A stretch of 64,000 nt of DNA, taken from Candidatus Sulfotelmatobacter sp. GTDB taxonomy: Bacteria; Acidobacteriota; Terriglobia; Terriglobales; Acidobacteriaceae. The translations under genes were made by a program, and so were the position numbers. The notes under the pieces are model-generated. The model did no database searches. It was given only the letters and a program-made list of their open reading frames with translations, and was not told the DNA's origin. Location: assembly GCA_025462865.1 (NCBI GenBank), contig JAOAPI010000058.1:50090-114089 (forward strand). Reading direction: 5' to 3'. Below are positions 52,394-62,712 of this stretch, in pieces. Numbering within the stretch: position 1 is the stretch's first letter; each line of letters opens with the position of its first letter.

Positions 52394-53638
52394 ATGCCGC
52401 GCACGATCGATCTAATTCGCGCCTCAAAGTTGCCGTCGAACATGATGCAATTTGCGGCGAAGGGGGCACTGTCCGTCCCACCCGACGAAAATATTGAGAT
52501 TCTGGTCTACCTCGCCAAACAGAATAAGATCTTCGGTGACACCGCTCGGCTGACTCTAGCGGGTTGGGACGAGAAGGCTTCCCTGGCTGCGGCTTCCGAT
52601 CCGAAGACGTCTCCCGAAGTACTTGGCTATCTGATTGCTCCCGAGAACATTCGTCCGAAGCTGCTTCCGGCGTTGTTAGAAAATCCATCCGTGACCGATA
52701 GCCAGTTGGCAAAGTTCGCGATCTCCGCGTCACAGGAATCTATCGAGACTATGCTGCAAAGTTCCCGCGTGCGCGCTACGGCGGCGGTTTTAGATTCCCT
52801 AAGATCGAATCCGTACTTGAAGGCCGAAAATGCGGTTACCCTGGCCAAACTTATTAACGCCGATCAGCCAGAGTCAATACCTGCGACGGGTAGCGTGTCG
52901 GAGACTCAGGAGACTGCCGGGCAGGGCGCGGAATCCCCGGAGAGTCCGGCCGACGACGTTCCCGATGAAGTAGTTTCGGCTTATCTTTCCGAACATGCGA
53001 CGGAGATAACAGCTGAAAAAGATAAGCCATTCCAGCCGGTAGGCGGCATCGTCGACTTGCTCGGGCCCGACTATTTCCCGGTAGTGGAAAACAGAGAGAT
53101 GACTCCTGCTGCGAATACTGCCGAAGAGGATAAATCTAAGCTTGCCGATCCTGGCGCTGCCGCGCCGGCACCATCTGTTGCGGCCGCCACAAAATTTGTC
53201 GATCCTTCCAAGCGCGATAACGCCGTGCAGAAGATCAACCGTCTTGACGTGAAAGGCCGCATACAACTGGCGATGAAGGGAAACAAAGAAGAGCGGTCGA
53301 TCTTGATTCGCGACGGAACAAAAGTAGTGGCGTTGGCGGTGCTTGAAGCACCGAAAATTTCCGACGGAGAAGTAGAAAAGTTTGCCTTGCAAAAAAATGT
53401 GCTGGAAGCAGTGCTGCGGCAAATTCCCCTGAAGCGGCGTTTCATGAAGAATTACATCGTGGTGCGTAATCTGGTGTCGAACCCACGCACCCCGCTGGAT
53501 CTTGGATTAGGCTTGATGAAGCATCTGCTGGTGAAGGATTTGAAGAATATTTCCGGCAACAAGGAAGTTTCTGAGACCGTCCGCAATCTGGCACTGAAGA
53601 TGTATAAGCAGAAGATGGAAGCGGCGAGCAAGAGATAG
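52394..53638 (+). CDS. conserved hypothetical helical-repeat protein
   Basis: 414 aa with LRV/HEAT-like units (SDPKTSPEVL, ENPSVTDSQL, SNPRTPLDLG) and an acidic low-complexity linker. No firm family. Confidence 0.6.
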   Translation: MPRTIDLIRASKLPSNMMQFAAKGALSVPPDENIEILVYLAKQNKIFGDTARLTLAGWDEKASLAAASDPKTSPEVLGYLIAPENIRPKLLPALLENPSVTDSQLAKFAISASQESIETMLQSSRVRATAAVLDSLRSNPYLKAENAVTLAKLINADQPESIPATGSVSETQETAGQGAESPESPADDVPDEVVSAYLSEHATEITAEKDKPFQPVGGIVDLLGPDYFPVVENREMTPAANTAEEDKSKLADPGAAAPAPSVAAATKFVDPSKRDNAVQKINRLDVKGRIQLAMKGNKEERSILIRDGTKVVALAVLEAPKISDGEVEKFALQKNVLEAVLRQIPLKRRFMKNYIVVRNLVSNPRTPLDLGLGLMKHLLVKDLKNISGNKEVSETVRNLALKMYKQKMEAASKR

Positions 53639-53649
53639 AAAAGAAATCG

Positions 53650-54063
53650 ATGGCTTCATTACCTCAAGCGGATTTCGTGACCGAACTATTAAAAAAGGCA
53701 AAGACCATCGCCGTGGTCGGACTCTCCGACGATCCGATGCGTCCCAGCCACGGCGTTTCTGCCTACATGCAAAGCCATGGTTACCGCATTGTTCCAGTCA
53801 ATCCGCACATCGAATCTTGTCTGGGCGAGAACGCCTACCCTTCGCTGCTTGAGGTTCCTGAGAAGGTCGACATCGTGAACATTTTCCGCCGGCCGGAGTT
53901 TGTCGAAGAGGTTGTCGATCAGGCCATTCATTTAAAAGTTCCTGCCGTTTGGATGCAGGAAGATGTGATTCACGAGAAAGCTGCTGAGAAAGCGCGTAAG
54001 GCTGGAATTTTTGTGGTAATGGATCGCTGCATTCTCAAAGAGCACCGGCTCCGATTTCGATAG
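53650..54063 (+). CDS. CoA-binding domain protein (YccU-like)
   Basis: KTIAVVGLSDDPMRPSHGV...GYRIVPVNP pattern. Confidence 0.85.
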   Translation: MASLPQADFVTELLKKAKTIAVVGLSDDPMRPSHGVSAYMQSHGYRIVPVNPHIESCLGENAYPSLLEVPEKVDIVNIFRRPEFVEEVVDQAIHLKVPAVWMQEDVIHEKAAEKARKAGIFVVMDRCILKEHRLRFR

Positions 54064-54071
54064 ACGCAGCT

Positions 54072-55346
54072 CTAGCGCCCAACTCCCACAAAGACCACGG
54101 TAGCGTCGTCCCGCACGCCGGATCCATTTGAGAAGGCGCGAACATCATCCACGATACTAATGGCAGACGCCCCGGCGCTGATTGCATGCTCCGCGAGGCG
54201 TTCCAGGCCATATTCCTGCTCATCCCCGTTCACCGCCTCAGTGATTCCATCGCTGTAGAAAACGAGCCGCGAACCCTCGGACAGAATTACCGAGGTTTCA
54301 GAATAATCTCCACAGCCGATGCCAAGAGGCAACCCGCGCTCGGTATCCAGAAACTGCGCAACGGTGCCCTCAATAAACAGCGGATGTAAATGTCCCGCGT
54401 TTGCAAAAGTTACTATGCGAGTTGCTGGATCGAGAACAGCGTAAACCAGGGTGACAAACTTGCCCGCGGGAAAGTCCTCCACCAATAAACTGTTGAGCTT
54501 GGTTAATACTTCGCCCGGAGTACTGCAGGCTTCCGCCAAAGATCGGAGCATTCCTCTTGTTGCTGACATTAGAAGTGCTGCAGCCGTGCCTTTTCCTGAG
54601 ACGTCCGCGAGCACCAGGCCGAGGCGACCATCGGGAAAAGGGATAAAGTCGTACCAATCTCCACCCACGGCGCCAGCGGGAACGGTGAGACCAGAAATGA
54701 CGAATCCCGGAATGTAAGGCGAACTCTTGGGCAACAGCGCTTGCTGCATCAGGCGGGCTTCCTGCGCTTCGCGGCTCATGGTTTCCCGTTCGCTGTGCAC
54801 TGATTGAAAGCGCCGGGCATTGTGCACGGCCACCGCAACGTGATCACACAGCGCCTGAAGCAGTCTCAATTGCTGGCGAGGGAACGCATCCAGCTCGGGA
54901 TGAGATGCGGTGAAGACTCCCACCAGGCGCTCGCCAACATGAAGCGGTATCGCGACCTCGGAATTTGTCGAGGACTCGCATGCGATGTAGTACTCGTCTT
55001 TGCTCACATCGGGCGCGTAACGCATTTGCCCTGTCGACGCGACGTAGCCCACCATACCTTCCTTGCCGATCTTCAGACAATGGCCCTTGTGGTTGACGCT
55101 GCATCCGTGCACTCCGGCAAGCACCATCTCGCCGCGTTCTTCGTCGTGGAGATAGACGCTTGCTTCTACGCAGCCAAAAGAATGAGCCACATCGTTCACA
55201 ATATTGTCGATGAGTTGATCGAGGTCAAGAATCGAGGAGATCTTTTGAGCAGCTTTCTGCAGCCTCTGTAAGTCCTCGATCTGATCGATGCGCAACGGCC
55301 GGACAGGGACGGCACTCGTGGAAAAAGGTGTGGGAACCGTAGCCAT
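54072..55346 (-). CDS. GAF-domain PP2C/SpoIIE-family protein phosphatase
   Basis: N-terminal GAF domain; C-terminus with GDWYDF, DVSGKG and the final DDATVV motif. Confidence 0.85.
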   Translation of the reverse strand: MATVPTPFSTSAVPVRPLRIDQIEDLQRLQKAAQKISSILDLDQLIDNIVNDVAHSFGCVEASVYLHDEERGEMVLAGVHGCSVNHKGHCLKIGKEGMVGYVASTGQMRYAPDVSKDEYYIACESSTNSEVAIPLHVGERLVGVFTASHPELDAFPRQQLRLLQALCDHVAVAVHNARRFQSVHSERETMSREAQEARLMQQALLPKSSPYIPGFVISGLTVPAGAVGGDWYDFIPFPDGRLGLVLADVSGKGTAAALLMSATRGMLRSLAEACSTPGEVLTKLNSLLVEDFPAGKFVTLVYAVLDPATRIVTFANAGHLHPLFIEGTVAQFLDTERGLPLGIGCGDYSETSVILSEGSRLVFYSDGITEAVNGDEQEYGLERLAEHAISAGASAISIVDDVRAFSNGSGVRDDATVVFVGVGR

Positions 55347-55421
55347 ATTTAACTGAGCCCTCCGTTGAGGTCGGGCACAACTACTACGTACCGCGTGAAT
55401 ATAAGATGCCCAGCAACATCC

Positions 55422-56792
55422 TTAGGACTCTTTCTTGATAGGGACCGGCTTGGTTCCGCGTGCCGGCGCACGCAGCTTTTTTATTTCTTCCATCCGCTCG
55501 CGGATACGCTTTTCGATGCCTTCATTCGTTGGCCGGTAATAGACTCGGTTATGCAGATTGTCGGGCAGGCACTGCATGTTGGCGACCTTTCCTTCTACAT
55601 CATGCGCGTACTGATAATCTCGACCGTAACCCAAGCCTTTCATGAGCCCGGTAGGCGCATTACGCAAATGCAGAGGAACGGGCTCAGCTGCGGTCTTTTC
55701 AATATCGTGCTGCACGTCGCCATACGCGGTGTAGAGAGCATTGGACTTGGGCGCGACCGAAAGATATACAACGGCTTGCGCCAAGGCGAGATTGCCTTCC
55801 GGCATACCGATGAAATCCACGGCGTCGCGCGCGGCCATACACAGGGAAAGCGCATTCGGGTCGGCCAGTCCGATGTCTTCAACCGCCATGCGCACCACCC
55901 GCCTTGCGATATAGAGAGGGTCTTCGCCGGCCTCAATCATGCGGCCGAGCCAGTAGAGCGCGGCATCGGGATCGCTGTTGCGCACGGACTTGTGCAGCGC
56001 CGAAATCAGGTTGTAATGTTCTTCGCCCGCTTTGTCGTAGAGCAGAGTGCGCTTCTGGAGCGCATCGCGAACAATGTCGTCGGTGATTTCCGGCGGCTCG
56101 CCTCCTGCCGATTGAGCCAGCCCCGCCGCTACTTCCAACACGTTGTAGGCGCTGCGCGCGTCGCCGCTGGTATAGCTTGCAATTTTCTTGAGGACTTCGA
56201 CGGATGCGCGCAACTTCATCCTGCCCAGTCCGCGCTCCTCGTCTGTGAGCGCGCGCTCCAGCAGTTGCACGATCTGATCTTCGGTCAACGGATTCAAGAC
56301 GTAGACTCGACAGCGTGAGAGCAACGCTCCGTTGATTTCAAACGAGGGGTTTTCTGTAGTGGCGCCGATCAGCCGGATGTTGCCCTTTTCTACGTGGGGT
56401 AAAAAGGCATCCTGCTGGGCTTTGTTGAAGCGGTGAATCTCGTCGATGAAAACGATGGTGCGCGTGCCGTATTGCTTGGCCCGCTCGGCATCGGCCATCA
56501 CCTGCTTGATTTCTTTGATTCCGACAAGCACGGCGGAGAACTCGATGAACTCCGCCTTGCTCATATTCGCAATGATCTTCGCCAGCGTAGTCTTGCCGGT
56601 ACCGGGCGGTCCCCAGAAGATGAGCGATCCGGTATCGTCGCGCTCGATCTGCGTACGCAACGGCTTACCGGGACCGATCAGATGCTCCTGTCCAGCGTAT
56701 TCTTCGAGCGTTCTCGGACGCATGCGGTCAGCGAGAGGACGCGTCGGATCGGTGGCTTTGCCGACCTCCGGAATTGACTGAAAAAGTCCCAT
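55422..56792 (-). CDS. rarA: replication-associated recombination protein A
   Basis: [21 protein letters not shown] and a MgsA C-terminal domain. Confidence 0.9.
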   Translation of the reverse strand: MGLFQSIPEVGKATDPTRPLADRMRPRTLEEYAGQEHLIGPGKPLRTQIERDDTGSLIFWGPPGTGKTTLAKIIANMSKAEFIEFSAVLVGIKEIKQVMADAERAKQYGTRTIVFIDEIHRFNKAQQDAFLPHVEKGNIRLIGATTENPSFEINGALLSRCRVYVLNPLTEDQIVQLLERALTDEERGLGRMKLRASVEVLKKIASYTSGDARSAYNVLEVAAGLAQSAGGEPPEITDDIVRDALQKRTLLYDKAGEEHYNLISALHKSVRNSDPDAALYWLGRMIEAGEDPLYIARRVVRMAVEDIGLADPNALSLCMAARDAVDFIGMPEGNLALAQAVVYLSVAPKSNALYTAYGDVQHDIEKTAAEPVPLHLRNAPTGLMKGLGYGRDYQYAHDVEGKVANMQCLPDNLHNRVYYRPTNEGIEKRIRERMEEIKKLRAPARGTKPVPIKKES

Positions 56793-56844
56793 AGGAAATC
56801 AGCTCCTGGCGTTTAGCCTTTAGCTAAAGCCGAGAGCTAAGAAC

Positions 56845-57711
56845 TCAGGCCGCTTTTCTCTGCTTTGCGGCCTCATATAATACGATGCTCGCAGCCACGC
56901 CGGCGTTGAGAGATTCTACTTGCGCAGTGTGAGGTATGGCGATGGATTCATCCATTTCGGCCATCACTTCGCGTGACAGACCAGCGCCTTCATTGCCGAA
57001 GAAAATCGCCGACGGACCTTGCAAATTCGCTTGCTCCAGTGACGTTCCCTTGTGCGAAGAAGTCGCGATCAAACGAACATTTACTGTCCGTAGCCTCCGG
57101 GAAAGCTCCCCGACCTTCAGCCCCCCAGATTTCGCGTTTCCAAGAGAGCGTTCGTAAACCATCGGGAGACGAAAAACGGAACCTGCGGAGGCGCGAATTA
57201 CTTTTGAGTTAAACGGACTCACTGTACCCTCTCCCAGCACTACTCCCGCGCTCCCGAAAGCTTCGGCCGAGCGCAGAATCGTTCCCAGGTTGCCAGGGTC
57301 CTGCAATCCTGCGAGGACGACGATGGGGCCGAGTTGCGTTCGCTCCAGAAGATCGTCGAGCGAAAATTCCTTAAGCCGCACCAGTGCCGCCACACCTTGC
57401 GGGGATTCACTGGGAACAACGCTATCGAACAATTTATCCGGCAACAATAAAGTTTCGACCTGGGCTCCAATCTGCGGCAGCAGCCGTTCGGCTCGCTCCT
57501 GAGCGGAGTCACGAAAAAATACCGCACTCAAGCGCAGTCCGCTGCGAATGGCTTCTTCCAGGATGCGCGCGCCCTCAACGGCACAGTCTCCGCTTTCGGT
57601 AAGCTCGGCGCGTGAGAACGCCTGGCGCAATTGCTTAACCAGCGGGTTGTGGCGTCCTTCAATGCGGCGGAGCCTACCCGCGCCGAATGCGGCATTTGAT
57701 TGCTTTTGCAT
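56845..57711 (-). CDS. TrmH/SpoU-family RNA 2'-O-methyltransferase
   Basis: SpoU substrate-binding N-terminus and motifs GLQDPGNLGTILRSA, FGNEGAGLS, IPHTAQVESLNAGVA. Confidence 0.85.
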   Translation of the reverse strand: MQKQSNAAFGAGRLRRIEGRHNPLVKQLRQAFSRAELTESGDCAVEGARILEEAIRSGLRLSAVFFRDSAQERAERLLPQIGAQVETLLLPDKLFDSVVPSESPQGVAALVRLKEFSLDDLLERTQLGPIVVLAGLQDPGNLGTILRSAEAFGSAGVVLGEGTVSPFNSKVIRASAGSVFRLPMVYERSLGNAKSGGLKVGELSRRLRTVNVRLIATSSHKGTSLEQANLQGPSAIFFGNEGAGLSREVMAEMDESIAIPHTAQVESLNAGVAASIVLYEAAKQRKAA

Positions 57712-57822
57712 GTGTGATATTGAGTGATAATACGCCGCGCACCCACTTTGCAGCCCTTTGCCGTATTATGGTAGTTTCCACGGGCAAATACTTCAGCTGA
57801 ATGCATTCATGAAGGGAGCGCT

Positions 57823-58470
57823 GTGCGCGCCGAAATCGTAAAAATCAGTAGTGAGACCCCTGAGATGTCACTGGTAAAGTACGCCGCCGACCAGATTCGC
57901 GCTGGCGAAGTGCTGGGCATGCCCACCGACACGTTCTACGGACTGGCCGCCGATCCGTTCAACCTGCGCGCGGTCGACCGCGTATATGACATCAAGACAC
58001 GCTCACGGCACAAGCCGTTGTCGCTGCTCATCGAAAGCGTAGATCAAGCCGAAGAACTGGCGAAGTCCCTTCCCGAGGAGTTTTATGCTCTGGCGCGAAA
58101 ATATTGGCCCGGACCCCTCACGATCATCGTGAAAGCGGGATCGCGGCTTCCGCTAAAGGTGACCGCGAATACAGGCAACGTTGCGTTACGTGTGCCGCAC
58201 GCAAAAATTCCCTTAGCAGTAGTAGCTGCCGCAGCCATTCCAATTACGGCCACATCGGCCAATCTTAGCGGGGCTTCCGAGTGTACCAGCGCCGAGCAGG
58301 TGCGCGACCAGCTTCAGGGCCGCATCAGCATTATCGTGGATGGCGGGGCTTCCCCTCGTGATATCCCTTCCACCATTATCGACCTGACGGACGAAGGCGA
58401 GCGCTGGCGAATCATCCGCGAAGGCGCAATTCCTGCCGAAGAGATTTCTACCTTTTTTGCCAACGGATGA
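57823..58470 (+). CDS. tsaC: L-threonylcarbamoyladenylate synthase (YrdC/TsaC)
   Basis: PTDTFYGLAADP, KPLSLLI and SANLSG motifs. Confidence 0.85.
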   Translation: MRAEIVKISSETPEMSLVKYAADQIRAGEVLGMPTDTFYGLAADPFNLRAVDRVYDIKTRSRHKPLSLLIESVDQAEELAKSLPEEFYALARKYWPGPLTIIVKAGSRLPLKVTANTGNVALRVPHAKIPLAVVAAAAIPITATSANLSGASECTSAEQVRDQLQGRISIIVDGGASPRDIPSTIIDLTDEGERWRIIREGAIPAEEISTFFANG

Positions 58471-59087
58471 ATGATGCTTCTGTGAACCGCCATCCGCGGC
58501 ACCAACGGCTGCTGTGGATTGACGGATTATTGTTGGCGGCATTGGCCGTATTCGTTACGCTGACCGGCATTCGCATCACACGGGATGGGTCGGTGCAGGA
58601 AGTGCACGCGGCCGATGCCATCGTCGTGTTTGGCGCAGCTGAGTATGCGGGTCGTCCCTCGCCGGTGCTGCGTGCGCGCCTCGACCATGCATTCGACCTT
58701 TTCCGCCGGGGCGTCGCGCCTGTTGTCATCACCACTGGTGGGGCTGCGTCCGATCCCAGCTTCAGCGAAGGGGGCGTGGGCCACGATTATTTGAAGCGCC
58801 GCGGGATTCCCGAGCGCAACCTGATTGCCGAGACTCAGGGTTCTGATACGGCTCAATCGGCAATACGTGTGGCCGTGATCATGCGCGCCAACGGACTGCA
58901 CAGTTGCGTGGCCGTGAGTGACGCGTACCACGTGTTCCGCATCAAGCGACTGCTGCAGCATGAGGGCATCGGTCCCGTGTACGTCGCGCCCCGACCGGGT
59001 TCGCGTCCGCACAGCGTCGTGCAACGTACCTACGCCGTGTTGCGGGAAGCATGCAGCTATTTACTGTGGGAACTGGGGATGACCTAG
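58467..59087 (+). CDS. DUF218 (YdcF/ElyC-like) protein
   Basis: N-terminal TM segment, then AIVVFGAAEY..RPSPVLRARLDHAFDLFRRGVAPVVITTGG. Confidence 0.8.
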   Translation: MNDASVNRHPRHQRLLWIDGLLLAALAVFVTLTGIRITRDGSVQEVHAADAIVVFGAAEYAGRPSPVLRARLDHAFDLFRRGVAPVVITTGGAASDPSFSEGGVGHDYLKRRGIPERNLIAETQGSDTAQSAIRVAVIMRANGLHSCVAVSDAYHVFRIKRLLQHEGIGPVYVAPRPGSRPHSVVQRTYAVLREACSYLLWELGMT

Positions 59088-59101
59088 CTGGGACATACTA
59101 C

Positions 59102-59626
59102 TTACCAGTTATTTCTCTGTCGCAGCGAAGTAATATGGGCTACATGATGGCGTCCATGCCAGGCGTAAAGGGACAAATTCTTTTCCAGACTCACCAATCC
59201 AAGCTCCGGATGACGGAAGGTGCGTTCCCAATCGTCGGCCTTTAGCGAGCGCAATAGGCGAACCCAGCGATCGTGCAAAGAATCCAGCAACGTCAATGAA
59301 GTTTCAATCGGAGTGGACGCCGTATCAGCGAGCCGTGCCCATCGGTCTTCGGCGTAAGGCTTGATCGTCGGCTCCTCTTCGGTGAGCGCCAACTTGAAAC
59401 GCGTGTAGGCGTTGAGGTGACTATCCGGGACATGGTGCACGACCTGGCGGACGGTCCATCCGTCCGGCCGGTAGGACGTGTCGAATTGTTTGTTGGAGAG
59501 GCCCTTCACGGCCGCGCGAAGTTCGGCAGGAGCCTTGGCGATATTGTCCAGAGACTCACGCTTTTGTTCATCCGTTAGGGGGCCGTCGAAATGAAATTTC
59601 CCAATGGGATAACGCAGGTCGGTCAT
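59102..59626 (-). CDS. DinB/YfiT-family putative metal-dependent hydrolase
   Basis: MTDLRYPIGKF...VVHHVPDSHLNAY...YAWHGRHHVAHI (His triad). ATG 59626 after GGAG, within ORF 59102..59731. Confidence 0.8.
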   Translation of the reverse strand: MTDLRYPIGKFHFDGPLTDEQKRESLDNIAKAPAELRAAVKGLSNKQFDTSYRPDGWTVRQVVHHVPDSHLNAYTRFKLALTEEEPTIKPYAEDRWARLADTASTPIETSLTLLDSLHDRWVRLLRSLKADDWERTFRHPELGLVSLEKNLSLYAWHGRHHVAHITSLRQRNNW

Positions 59627-59917
59627 TTTCGTCTCCGGTTTTGCTATTGAAAAGATGATCTTCAGGACCCTACCGGTGCAAGAACCAGCTTCCGTCGTCA
59701 GGCCTTGGGGACTGATGAACCATCTGTGCAAATACTACCCCTAGGGCTGAGCGCTCGGCGACCCCATTCCCTCCCGCTTCGCATTTCGATTCTCCTTGCA
59801 CCAACTTTTGTGCGTCCAACGCTCATTTATAGGCTAAACTGCCAATTCTGGGCGTGTTAGGCGTTTAGTGGTCGCCGGCGCGGTTTGTAGTTTACATCTG
59901 AGCGAGCGAGAGGAACT

Positions 59918-60763
59918 ATGCCTTCGTCAGTATGGTCCGGACACTTAACCTTCGGTCTGATCTCCATGCCCGTGCGGCTGTTTTCGGGGGCGCGCAGCAC
60001 GGGGATCTCTTTCAATATGCTGCATCGTCCCGACAAGCAACGGGTGAAGCAACAATATATTTGCCCACTGGAAAATGTTGTCGTCGACCGCAGCGATATC
60101 GTGAAGGGCTACGAATTCCGCAAAGACGAATACATTGTCATCGAGCCTGACGAGATTAAAAAGATCGAGCCGCAGACCGCGAAGACCATGGAGATTCTGG
60201 AATTCGTGAAGGCCGGAGATGTGGATCCGGTCTATTTCGAGTCGTCTTACTACATGATGCCCGAGGAAGCTGGAAGGCGTCCTTATGCGCTGCTGACCAA
60301 GGCATTGGAAGAGAGCGAGTATGTCGCCATTGCCAAGATCACCATGCACAATCGCGAGTACACCGTGTTCCTGCGCCCGCACGAAGGTGGACTGATGCTG
60401 CACACGATGTACTACGAAGAAGAGGTCCGCAAAGTAGAAGGCTTCGGAGCCCCCGACGTGCAATTAAAAGACGCGGAAGTAAAAGTTGCCCATCAGTTGA
60501 TCGAAGCGTTAGCGGATGAGTGGGACCCAAAAAAATACAAAGACAGTTTCCAGGAGAACTTGAAGAAGCTGATCGAAGCCAAGCTCGAGGGCGGGGAAGT
60601 GGCGGCGGTGGAGAAGCCCAAGAAGCTGGCGCCGGTTGTGGATCTGATGGCTGCTCTGAAACAGAGTCTGGCCCAAATGGAAGGCAAGAAGAAACCAGCG
60701 GCAACTGCGAAATCGGATGAGCCCCGGGTGGCCGCCGCCGGCAAATCCCGCCGCAGCCGCTGA
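59918..60763 (+). CDS. ku: Ku protein (non-homologous end joining)
   Basis: WSGHLTFGLISMPVRLFSGARS N-terminus and a basic C-terminal tail. Confidence 0.9.
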   Translation: MPSSVWSGHLTFGLISMPVRLFSGARSTGISFNMLHRPDKQRVKQQYICPLENVVVDRSDIVKGYEFRKDEYIVIEPDEIKKIEPQTAKTMEILEFVKAGDVDPVYFESSYYMMPEEAGRRPYALLTKALEESEYVAIAKITMHNREYTVFLRPHEGGLMLHTMYYEEEVRKVEGFGAPDVQLKDAEVKVAHQLIEALADEWDPKKYKDSFQENLKKLIEAKLEGGEVAAVEKPKKLAPVVDLMAALKQSLAQMEGKKKPAATAKSDEPRVAAAGKSRRSR

Positions 60764-60771
60764 CAAAGTAA

Positions 60772-60835
60772 CCGTAGAGACGTAGCTTGCTACGTCTTGC
60801 CGGGAGCGCAGACGTTGCAAGCAACGTCTCTACGG
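60772..60835. repeat. twin-hairpin palindromic element
   Basis: CCGTAG [AGACGTAGC-TT-GCTACGTCT] TGCCGGGAGCGC [AGACGTTGC-AA-GCAACGTCT] CTACGG. The two halves also pair with each other. Confidence 0.85.
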
Positions 60836-61034
60836 ATGGGGCCGTTGGCGCTCCGGCAGTAGGCACTGGCTCCGCCTCCCGTCCAACTTGCCTCCAACTC
60901 TGCGCATCTCACGGATATTGCTCCGGAACTACCAACTGCCCATTACCAGGCAAGGCGACTGGCGCAGATTATCTCCAGCCGTTAGAATGTTGAATTCCTC
61001 GCAGGATGGATCAAAATTTCCTTTTGGGGTGCCG

Positions 61035-62558
61035 ATGATTTTTCGCCGCGCGGGTTTTTTGGTGACCATGGTATTTTGCACGCTCCTGTGCCTTTCCTGC
61101 GGTCAGGTCTACCGACCCGTGGTCATTCCGCTATCGACTTCGCCTCCCACCCCTGCAGCTTTCCATACGGTTTTTGGCATTAGCATGAACGTGCCTTCTT
61201 TCCCCGGCGGGGCCATGCAGATTAATGTTTCGGGTGACAGCATTGCTGCCGAAACTCCCAGCTCCGACAAAAGCGCGCCTAACCTTGGGAACAATCCCAC
61301 GCACGCCGCCATCCTTCCCAACCTTTCGAGAGTATTTGTGACGAGCGCAGGCAGTATAGTGCCGGGTGGCGTGGACGTGCTTTCGTATTTTTCTCCCGCG
61401 TTTCAGTCCACCGCCGGCAGCCAATTCGGCGCAGTGACTACGATCAGTTTGCCGGCCGGTTCGCAGCCGGTCTTCGTGAATACCACGCAGAACGCAGCGG
61501 TATACGTGGCAAATTTCAACTCCAATTCGGTCTTTGCCATCAGCACTGCGACAAACGCCATCAGCAACACCGCGCCGGTGGGATCAAATCCGGTGGCTTT
61601 GGCTGAGACTCCCAACGGATTAAAGATTTACGTTGCGAACCAGGGCGGCAATTCGATCAGCAGTTTGAACACAGCAGATCTTTCGCCGAACACGCTGATT
61701 GGTTTCACCGGCACCACCCCTGTGTGGATGGTGGCTCGCGCCGATAGCCAGAAAGTCTACGTCGTCACTCAGGGGGACGGACAATTGGTGACGATTGATA
61801 CCGCCACCGACGCCGTGACGAGCAGCCTTCCCGTAGGCTCCGGCGCCAACTTCATTTTTTACGATCCACATCTGAACCGTCTTTATGTGACGAATCCCGT
61901 CACTAACACCGTTTATGTATTCTCGGACACCGGCGGAAATGGCGACACACCCGTTCAGCTGGCGGCAATCCCATTCGCTTTGGCATCAGCGGCGTGTACT
62001 ACTGGTCCTTCCGCCTGCACCCCGGCTTCTGTTACGGCTTTGCCCGATGGCAGCCGTTTTTACGTAGCGACCTACCAGACCGCGGCTTTGTGTCCCGACC
62101 CGACTGTAACGGGTTCTTGTGTTATTCCTGGCCTCGTTGTGTTTGACGCCAGTAGTCTGACGCTAAAGTATCCCAAGACGCCGACCTTGACGTTGCTGAC
62201 CTGGTCTCCTCCATGCTCGACCGGTTCGTGTCCCACTGCGCCATTCGCGACTAATCAATACGCCGTTCCCACAGTCACGTCGTGTGCGCCGGCCGCTTTG
62301 TATTCTCCGAGCACTACACGCTTCCGGCTTTTCACGACCTCCGCAGCCGATAGCAGTCGCGTCTACGTCAGCATGTGTGACGCAGGAGCGATCGCAGTCA
62401 TAAATACCACGAACAGCAACGCCAACAATCCTGGGGGAAGCGGCAGTCCATCCGATACGCTGGTCACCGACCTGCCCGCTGCGTTCAGCGCCGGAGCTAT
62501 CCAACCAAATGGTGAACCGGCGAACCAGAATCCTATTTTCCTATTGATGGGGCAGTAG
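61035..62558 (+). CDS. secreted YVTN-type beta-propeller repeat protein (possible lipoprotein)
   Basis: Repeats VYVANFNSNSVFAIST, IYVANQGGNSISSLNT, VYVVTQGDGQLVTIDT, LYVTNPVTNTVYVFS. ATG 61035 gives MIFRRAGFLVTMVFCTLLCLSC. Confidence 0.7.
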   Translation: MIFRRAGFLVTMVFCTLLCLSCGQVYRPVVIPLSTSPPTPAAFHTVFGISMNVPSFPGGAMQINVSGDSIAAETPSSDKSAPNLGNNPTHAAILPNLSRVFVTSAGSIVPGGVDVLSYFSPAFQSTAGSQFGAVTTISLPAGSQPVFVNTTQNAAVYVANFNSNSVFAISTATNAISNTAPVGSNPVALAETPNGLKIYVANQGGNSISSLNTADLSPNTLIGFTGTTPVWMVARADSQKVYVVTQGDGQLVTIDTATDAVTSSLPVGSGANFIFYDPHLNRLYVTNPVTNTVYVFSDTGGNGDTPVQLAAIPFALASAACTTGPSACTPASVTALPDGSRFYVATYQTAALCPDPTVTGSCVIPGLVVFDASSLTLKYPKTPTLTLLTWSPPCSTGSCPTAPFATNQYAVPTVTSCAPAALYSPSTTRFRLFTTSAADSSRVYVSMCDAGAIAVINTTNSNANNPGGSGSPSDTLVTDLPAAFSAGAIQPNGEPANQNPIFLLMGQ

Positions 62559-62666
62559 CGACTTAACGAAATGAGTCAGCTGCGATTTATCAGAACGGGT
62601 GAGTAGCGAATTAACAGAATGGGGCAGGAGCGACTCAAACACAGGGGCAGGAGCGCTTTAAACACA
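62549..62666. repeat. tandem repeat, 5 units of 23-24 nt
   Basis: GGGGCAGTAGCGACTTAACGAAAT / GAGTCAGCTGCGATTTATCAGAAC / GGGTGAGTAGCGAATTAACAGAAT / GGGGCAGGAGCGACTCAAACACA / GGGGCAGGAGCGCTTTAAACACA. Unit 1 covers the last codons and stop of the beta-propeller gene. Confidence 0.85.
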
Positions 62667-62712
62667 CCGTCATCCCGAGCAAAGCGAGGGACCAGGGTTT
62701 GCGTGAGAGGAT

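Noticed and set aside
62549-62666. Possible CRISPR array
   Set aside because: The repeats are directly adjacent with no spacers, they are degenerate, there are only five units, and no cas genes are in the window. The (GCTAGAA)x8 array at 29821 likewise has no spacers.
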